Shown here: positions 58,669-64,000 of the stretch, piece after piece
Position numbering within the stretch: position 1 is the first letter of the stretch
Layout of the letters: every line of letters starts with the position of its first letter
Assembly: GCA_964343985.1 (NCBI GenBank)
Contig: CAYFLJ010000001.1
Span: 9,929 to 73,928, forward strand
DNA length: 64,000 bases
From: an uncultured Thermoflexus sp.
GTDB lineage: Bacteria > Chloroflexota > UBA11872 > UBA12225
Direction: 5' to 3'
Translations under genes and position numbers: made by a program
Notes under the pieces: generated by a model
The model's database searches: none
What the model was told of the DNA's origin: nothing
What the model saw: only the letters and a program-made list of their open reading frames with translations

Positions 58669-58799
58669 CGCGAGAACTCCTGTCCGGTCTCCCCGGAGTG
58701 GTCGGCAAAGTGCCCCGATTGGGCGCTTGCGAGGGCACGGCTTGACCGTTCGTACCGGCCATTCATCGTTCAGGGTACCAACGGCACTGGCCGCCCAAA

Positions 58800-59450
58800 C
58801 TACGGGACTTTCACCTTCTGGCCAATATTCAACGTTTGATTCTTGTCTTTGAAATCGTTGAGGCGGACAAGCGTGTCAACGTTCGTGCCGTATTTTGCAG
58901 CGATAGCGCCGAGGGTGTCACCGCTCGCCACCGTGTGTTCACGTCCGGCAGTCACCGCGACGGTCGCGGTTGGTAGTGCGATTACTCTGGTTGGTGACGC
59001 GACGGCTTGTTGCGCGGGCGTTGATTGGCCGGGCGCGCCCACGCTCGGAGCGCCGGGTTGGCCGGAGATTGGTGTCGGTACTCCGGGGGTACCTGCGACC
59101 GTTGTGGTTGGCACTGTTGTGGGCGTTACTGGTCCGGCGGCGGTACGTCCAGCGCCCATCGGCGTGGAGGTCGGCGCGGCTTGAAAGGGGCTTATCGCGG
59201 CGGCGACACCTAATCCGGCGAGTCTAAAAAGGACAGCAGCACTCACGAGGGTCAGGGCGACGACGAAACCAAGCCCTAGGCGAGCTTTCCAAATTTCACC
59301 CGTGCGGCGCTGTGTTGACGGGCTTGGATAGGACCGGTCGGCAGGTTGGTAATCGTCCATCGCCGGAGGTGCTGGCCCTACGTCTGGCGACAGGCGGGGT
59401 GCGATTCCCCAATGACCCTTGATCGCCGCTCGACATAAGTATACTGGCAC
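58800..59450 (-). CDS. LysM-domain peptidoglycan-binding protein with TM anchor and Pro/Thr/Ala-rich linker
   Basis: C-terminal LysM HTVASGDTLGAIAAKYGTNVDTLVRLNDF...GQKVKVP; TM LGLGFVVALTLVSAAVLF; start possibly the internal Met near 59360. Confidence 0.75.
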   Translation of the reverse strand: MPVYLCRAAIKGHWGIAPRLSPDVGPAPPAMDDYQPADRSYPSPSTQRRTGEIWKARLGLGFVVALTLVSAAVLFRLAGLGVAAAISPFQAAPTSTPMGAGRTAAGPVTPTTVPTTTVAGTPGVPTPISGQPGAPSVGAPGQSTPAQQAVASPTRVIALPTATVAVTAGREHTVASGDTLGAIAAKYGTNVDTLVRLNDFKDKNQTLNIGQKVKVP

Positions 59451-59496
59451 TCGGGTGGATCGGTGGCTTGGTCGGCGCGCCGCGTCGGGAGGCGGA

Positions 59497-60861
59497 ATGG
59501 CCTGGCAACTTCAATTGTCCGCCGACGCGACTGGCGATCGTCTTGCACTCGCCGGTCGGCGCGTCCTCGTTCTGGGGCTTGGCATTCACGGCGGAGGCGT
59601 CGGAGTCGCGCGGTACCTCGCGAGCGAGAATGCGGTGGTCCGCGTGACCGATCTCCAACCCCGCGAACGCCTTGAGGCCTCAGTCGCGGCGCTTGACGGC
59701 CTCGACATCGCCTACACGCTCGGTCGGCATGACGAGGCCGATCTTGACGGCGTTGACCTCGTGGTTCGAAACCCAGGGGTGCCCCGCGAATCGGGGTTTG
59801 TTCGTGCAGCAGAGGCGCGGGGCATCCCCGTCCTGATGGAGATGTCCCTCTTCTTGGCCGCGTGCCCGTCAGATCGGGTTATCGGGATTACCGGCACGAA
59901 GGGCAAGACAACGACAACGACCTTGACGGGAGACATCTTCCGCGCGGCGGGATACGACGTTGTAGTTGCGGGAAACTTGCGCGTTTCGGCGCTGGCGCAA
60001 CTTGCGAACATCACCGCCCAGACAACGGTCGTTCTTGAGCTTTCAAGTTTTCAACTTGAGGGCCTTGATGCGATTCGACGAAGTCCGCACTTCGGAGCAG
60101 TCACCAATATCACGCCAGATCATCTCAATCGCTATCCGTCGATGGACGCGTACGTTGATGCGAAGCGACGCGTCTTTCTTTATCACGGCAACAGGGGTGT
60201 CGCAGTGCTGAACCGTGACAACCCCACATGCGCGGCGTTGGCTGATGCTGTTCCTGGCACGGTCGCTTGGTTCGGCGCAGAGACCTATGTGCCCGGATTT
60301 GCGGAGAATCGCTCAGGGTGGGGTGGCGATCACAATCTTGCCAACGCTCGATGCGCCGCCGTAATCGCGAGGCAAGCCGGTGCGTCGGAGGCGTCGATTG
60401 CCGAGGCGGTACGCACCTTTGGCGGGGTGGCCTATCGGCAAGAACTGATACGCGTTCGCCGCGGCGTGCGGTACATCAACGACACCGCGGCGACGACACC
60501 TGACGCAACCGTCGCAGCGTGTACTGCGATCGAGGGGCCGCTCGTCCTGATCGTTGGGGGTGCTGACAAAGGCCTTGAGTTCGATCGGCTCGGTACAACG
60601 CTTCGCGCGCCTGAGTGTCCGGTCACGGACGTCGTTCTCCTCGAAGGTTCGGCGACCGACCGCTTGCTCGCCGCCATCGGAGACCACCTCGTCCGCGGTC
60701 GCCACGCCAACTTTCGAGATGCGGTTGTCCAAGCAACGTCGTTGGGCCGAGCCGGTGGCGCGGTCCTGCTCTCGCCGGGTTGCGCGTCGTTCGGCATGTT
60801 CCGCAATGAGTTTGATCGCGGTGATCAGTTCACTGAGCTTGTCCGCGCCCTCGAGGACTAG
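59497..60861 (+). CDS. murD: UDP-N-acetylmuramoylalanine--D-glutamate ligase
   Basis: Rossmann N-terminal domain VLVLGLGIHGGGVGVARYL; Mur-ligase P-loop GITGTKGKTTTTTL; C-terminal domain; encoded away from any dcw cluster. Confidence 0.88.
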   Translation: MAWQLQLSADATGDRLALAGRRVLVLGLGIHGGGVGVARYLASENAVVRVTDLQPRERLEASVAALDGLDIAYTLGRHDEADLDGVDLVVRNPGVPRESGFVRAAEARGIPVLMEMSLFLAACPSDRVIGITGTKGKTTTTTLTGDIFRAAGYDVVVAGNLRVSALAQLANITAQTTVVLELSSFQLEGLDAIRRSPHFGAVTNITPDHLNRYPSMDAYVDAKRRVFLYHGNRGVAVLNRDNPTCAALADAVPGTVAWFGAETYVPGFAENRSGWGGDHNLANARCAAVIARQAGASEASIAEAVRTFGGVAYRQELIRVRRGVRYINDTAATTPDATVAACTAIEGPLVLIVGGADKGLEFDRLGTTLRAPECPVTDVVLLEGSATDRLLAAIGDHLVRGRHANFRDAVVQATSLGRAGGAVLLSPGCASFGMFRNEFDRGDQFTELVRALED

Positions 60862-60887
60862 GGCCACACATCGCGCGACGGCGCGAA

Positions 60888-61619
60888 TTAGCGCGCACGG
60901 GCGCTGTCGATGGCCTCGCGCTGCATCTGGAAGAGTGTCTGGAGCCCGACTTCGGCGAGGTCGAGGATGCGATTGAGGCCGTCGCGATCGAACGGACTGC
61001 GCTCTGCCGTGCCTTGTACCTCAATGAACTCGCCGGCATCGGTCATGACCACGTTGAAGTCGAGGTCTGCACGCGAGTCTTCTTCGTAGGAGAGGTCGAG
61101 GACGGGGTCGCCACCGACGATCCCAGCGCTGACAGATGCAACCTGTGCGATGAGAGGGGTCCGGCTCAGACGTCGCTTTCGGATCACTCCTTCCACCGCA
61201 ATGGCGAGAGCGACGTATCCACCAGTGATCGCTGCGGTTCTCGTCCCGCCGTCGGCTTGGATAACGTCGCAGTCGATGTAAATCGTGCGCGCGCCCAAGC
61301 GGGAGAGGTCGATGGCGGCGCGTAGTGAGCGACCGATCAGTCGTTGGATCTCGTGGGTCCGCCCGTCGATTCGTCCACGTGTCGCGTCACGTTGCTTACG
61401 CGTATGGGTTGACCGGGGAAGCATCGCGTACTCAGCGGTGATCCACCCTTCGTCGGTGCCCTTCAAATGCGGTGGTTGCGTTTCCTCGACGCTGGCAGCG
61501 CAAAGCACGCGGGTGCCCCCCACCTCAATCATGGCGGAGCCCTCGGCGTAGTCGAGGACGCCCGTGGTGATGCGGGTCGGGCGGAGGGCATTGGCAGTGC
61601 GGCCGTCCGGGCGGGCCAT
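60888..61619 (-). CDS. rph: Ribonuclease PH
   Basis: [20 protein letters not shown]...[19 protein letters not shown], the RNase PH signature. Confidence 0.92.
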   Translation of the reverse strand: MARPDGRTANALRPTRITTGVLDYAEGSAMIEVGGTRVLCAASVEETQPPHLKGTDEGWITAEYAMLPRSTHTRKQRDATRGRIDGRTHEIQRLIGRSLRAAIDLSRLGARTIYIDCDVIQADGGTRTAAITGGYVALAIAVEGVIRKRRLSRTPLIAQVASVSAGIVGGDPVLDLSYEEDSRADLDFNVVMTDAGEFIEVQGTAERSPFDRDGLNRILDLAEVGLQTLFQMQREAIDSARAR

Positions 61620-61683
61620 GGGTGAATCCTTTCGGAGCGAGGTCACGCTGGAGGTGGGGCCGTGTCGCAGAGGCCTCGATTGG

Positions 61684-63330
61684 TCAGGCGCGGCGCGATG
61701 GCGAGGGTGTCGGTACGGTCGGGGTGGCAAGCGCCGGACGACCCTTGAGCGAGACTGCCTTCAGCCACGGTTGAACGACTGACGGCGCGGCATAGCCCTG
61801 AACCCATGGTTTGACGAGGATGTAGCGCTTGTTGTGCCAGAGGGGCACCCACGGTGCGTCTTGAAGGATCCGGGCCTCGATTTCTTGGTAGAGCTTGGTC
61901 CGCGCGGCGGCGTCACGTTCGGCACGAGCCTTTTCAAGGTCACGATCAACATCAGGGTTCGCGTAGCGCGCCGCGTTTTCGCGGCTTCGGCTGTGAAACA
62001 AGATGTCTAAGAAATTTTGTGGATCGGCGTAGTCCGCGATCCACCCCGTCATGAACATCTGCGGACGGTCGCGGTCACGTTGGGTTGCGCTCGCAAACGC
62101 GTCGCGATCAAGTTGGCGCACGCGCACGTCGACGCCGAGGCTTTGACGATAGGTAGCGATGATTGCGTTGACTTCGGGGGCGGGGGCGGTGCGCGTGCCC
62201 ATCACGGTGAGCGAGATTTCTGGGAAGTTGCGTGCGTCGCGGTAACTGGATTCGGAGACCAGTTGGCGGGCACGCGAAACGTCAAAATCGAGACCACGAA
62301 CGCGGTCGCTCTTGCCGGGCATGCCGGGGGGCAGGATTCCGTCGGCTTTGATGACGGTTCGCTTCAACGTGACGCTCGCGATTCGGTCTCGGTCGAGTGC
62401 GTGGTTGAACGCTTGTCTGACCTTTGGATCGTCGAAGGGTTTCGCGGTGACGTTCATCGCGAGGTACTGAATGTCGAGGTCGGTGCGAACGCGGAGCTCA
62501 CGATTGAGTGGGTCGCTCTTGTCGGTCACGCGATCAATGTCGGCGAGGTCGACCACAGCAATGTCGATCAGGTCGCGTTCGTACGCCTCAACTGGTGGGA
62601 CGGCGAGGTACTCGATGCCCGCGAGAGCTGGCTTCGTGCCGAAGAATCCTTCATGGCGCACGAGTGAAAGGCGTTCGCCGGGCGCGAGAGACGCGACCTT
62701 GAACGGACCGGAACCGTTCGGCTTGAGCCACCAATCTGGTCCGGCGGCAACGTTTTGCCGATCGACCACGTAGCTTACGGGGTACGTCAACTTCGCGGGA
62801 AAGTACACGCGTGGCTCATCGAGGGTGATGTCGATGGTGATGTCATCACGAGCCTTGATTCCGGCGACCTCAGAGGCTTGGCCGCTGAATCTGGCGCCGA
62901 AGCCCTGAATATCGCCGAGGTATGTCAGCGCGACTGGCGATGCGAGTCGCGGGTCCGCAGCTCGTTCTAGGCTGAACTTCACATCCGCCGAGGTGATTGG
63001 CCGTCCATCGTGGAACTTCGCGCCGCGCCGAAGCGTAAAGGTGTAGACCCGACCGTCGTTCGAAACGGACCACTTTTCGGCAAGGTCGGGCACAACCTCA
63101 AGCTTGTCGTTGAGGCTCGTCAGACCCGCAAAAAGATGGACGACGTACTCGGCTTCAAGGGCGCCAGTCGTGAAGGCTGGGTCGAGAGTGTCGAAGTTCC
63201 ACAGGAACGTGCGCAGCGGTTGATCGTCGGACGTTTGCGCAAACGGATTAGTTTGGCAGGCAATCAAACCGCTGCCAGCGACGACCGCCACGAAGGCGCG
63301 TCCAAAATGGCGACGCGTGCGCACGGGCAT
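61684..63330 (-). CDS. ABC transporter substrate-binding lipoprotein, family 5 (peptide/nickel/opine type), apparently orphan
   Basis: Lipobox LIAC; family-5 SBP conservation ([26 protein letters not shown]...[16 protein letters not shown]); no adjacent permease or ATPase genes. Confidence 0.85.
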   Translation of the reverse strand: MPVRTRRHFGRAFVAVVAGSGLIACQTNPFAQTSDDQPLRTFLWNFDTLDPAFTTGALEAEYVVHLFAGLTSLNDKLEVVPDLAEKWSVSNDGRVYTFTLRRGAKFHDGRPITSADVKFSLERAADPRLASPVALTYLGDIQGFGARFSGQASEVAGIKARDDITIDITLDEPRVYFPAKLTYPVSYVVDRQNVAAGPDWWLKPNGSGPFKVASLAPGERLSLVRHEGFFGTKPALAGIEYLAVPPVEAYERDLIDIAVVDLADIDRVTDKSDPLNRELRVRTDLDIQYLAMNVTAKPFDDPKVRQAFNHALDRDRIASVTLKRTVIKADGILPPGMPGKSDRVRGLDFDVSRARQLVSESSYRDARNFPEISLTVMGTRTAPAPEVNAIIATYRQSLGVDVRVRQLDRDAFASATQRDRDRPQMFMTGWIADYADPQNFLDILFHSRSRENAARYANPDVDRDLEKARAERDAAARTKLYQEIEARILQDAPWVPLWHNKRYILVKPWVQGYAAPSVVQPWLKAVSLKGRPALATPTVPTPSPSRRA

Positions 63331-63386
63331 TGCCGGACTATAACGTAGAGCGAGGCACCGTCCAGATGGAGTGGGCCCGCCTCTGG

Positions 63387-63959
63387 TCACCTACCGATGC
63401 GAAAGTCAAGGTGGCTCCGACTCGCCGTGGGTTCGTCTTGGCCTTGGTACTTGCTGCCCAACGCACCCGATCCGTACGGGCGCTCGGCCGCCGTCGTCAT
63501 CTGAAGCAGGGAGAGTTGTCCGATCTTCATTCCCGGATAGAGGAGGATTGGCAAGCCGGCGGCGTTGCTCAATTCCAGTGTCAATCGACCGCGGAAGCCT
63601 GGGTCGACGTAGCCTGCAGTTGAGTGGATGACAAGACCAAGGCGGCCGAGCGAACTCTTCCCCTCAAGTCGGCCGACGATGTCGTCCGGAAGGTGTAACT
63701 CCTCAAAGGTGTTGCCGAGGCAAAACTGCCCGGGTTGCAACACGAACGGTTGATCGTCAGCGACGGAGATCAGTTCAGTGAGGTCGGGTTGGTCAGTGCG
63801 CGGGTCAATATACGCGTGCCGTATCGTGGCAAAGACACGAAACCGGTTTTCGAGTCGGAGATCGATGCTTGAAGGCTGGATTGCGCCCGGGTCAAACGGG
63901 TCAATCTTAAGCCGGCCCGCTTCGATGAGTTCTCTGATCGAGCGGTCGCTTAGAACCAT
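63387..63959 (-). CDS. dcd: dCTP deaminase
   Basis: MVLSDRSIRELIEAGRLKIDPFDPGAIQPSSIDLRLENRFRVF, the canonical Dcd N-terminus; 4-nt overlap with the SBP ORF. Confidence 0.92.
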   Translation of the reverse strand: MVLSDRSIRELIEAGRLKIDPFDPGAIQPSSIDLRLENRFRVFATIRHAYIDPRTDQPDLTELISVADDQPFVLQPGQFCLGNTFEELHLPDDIVGRLEGKSSLGRLGLVIHSTAGYVDPGFRGRLTLELSNAAGLPILLYPGMKIGQLSLLQMTTAAERPYGSGALGSKYQGQDEPTASRSHLDFRIGR

Positions 63960-64000
63960 CGCGCCACCTTGGGCGTGCTGAGCGCACGGGATGTGCCGGG

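Overview
This is a high-GC (about 65-68%), gene-dense bacterial chromosomal window made almost entirely of core housekeeping genes. I found no transposases, integrases, phage genes or CRISPR arrays.

Gene content from 5' to 3':
- 3' end of pyrG.
- rho with a roughly 330-aa Arg/Gly/Asp-rich disordered insertion.
- tRNA-Leu(CAG).
- A complete F1Fo ATP synthase operon, atpZ-atpB-atpE-atpF-atpH-atpA-atpG-atpD-atpC.
- murA and an mreB/mbl-like gene without mreCD.
- An orphan MsiK/MalK-type ABC ATPase.
- A MEDS-domain protein.
- A larB-larC pair (nickel-pincer cofactor biosynthesis). LarC carries a His-rich segment encoded by a 21-nt tandem DNA repeat.
- A glycosyltransferase plus glf (UDP-galactopyranose mutase).
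- A YtxH/DUF948-like trio of small membrane proteins.
- An fhaA-fhaB-rodA-pbpA cluster with no pstP, pknA or pknB.
- yraN-rnhB-rplS-trmD-rimM-KH-rpsP.
- A yggX-like gene and folD.
- A hydrolase cluster: secreted HExxH peptidase, M42-like peptidase, SxxK serine hydrolase, and the Ctp S41 protease.
- Two tandem membrane-anchored DUF2202 ferritin-like paralogs.
- A glutaredoxin-like gene and rhaM.
- Two xylose-isomerase-like TIM barrels.
- PHP-mgtC.
- NUDIX followed by E1alpha/E1beta/E2 of a 2-oxo-acid dehydrogenase.
- lepB and rsmG.
- An unusual FtsH-like protease with two tandem M41 (HEAGH) peptidase domains.
- DUF3105, recF, an mmsB-like dehydrogenase, a LysM protein, murD, rph, a family-5 ABC substrate-binding protein, and dcd.

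The lineage looks actinobacterial-like or Chloroflexi/Thermomicrobia-like: FhaA/FhaB/PbpA architecture, Rho with an N-terminal insertion, and GC-rich hairpin terminators without U-tracts.

The most unusual items are the FtsH-like protein with a duplicated protease domain, the tandem DUF2202 ferritin-like pair, the orphan LarB-LarC pair with a repeat-encoded His-rich loop, and an FHA/RodA/PbpA cluster uncoupled from Ser/Thr kinase and phosphatase genes.

All coordinates are from reading the six-frame ORF track and the sequence by eye. Several start codons are uncertain by tens of nucleotides.
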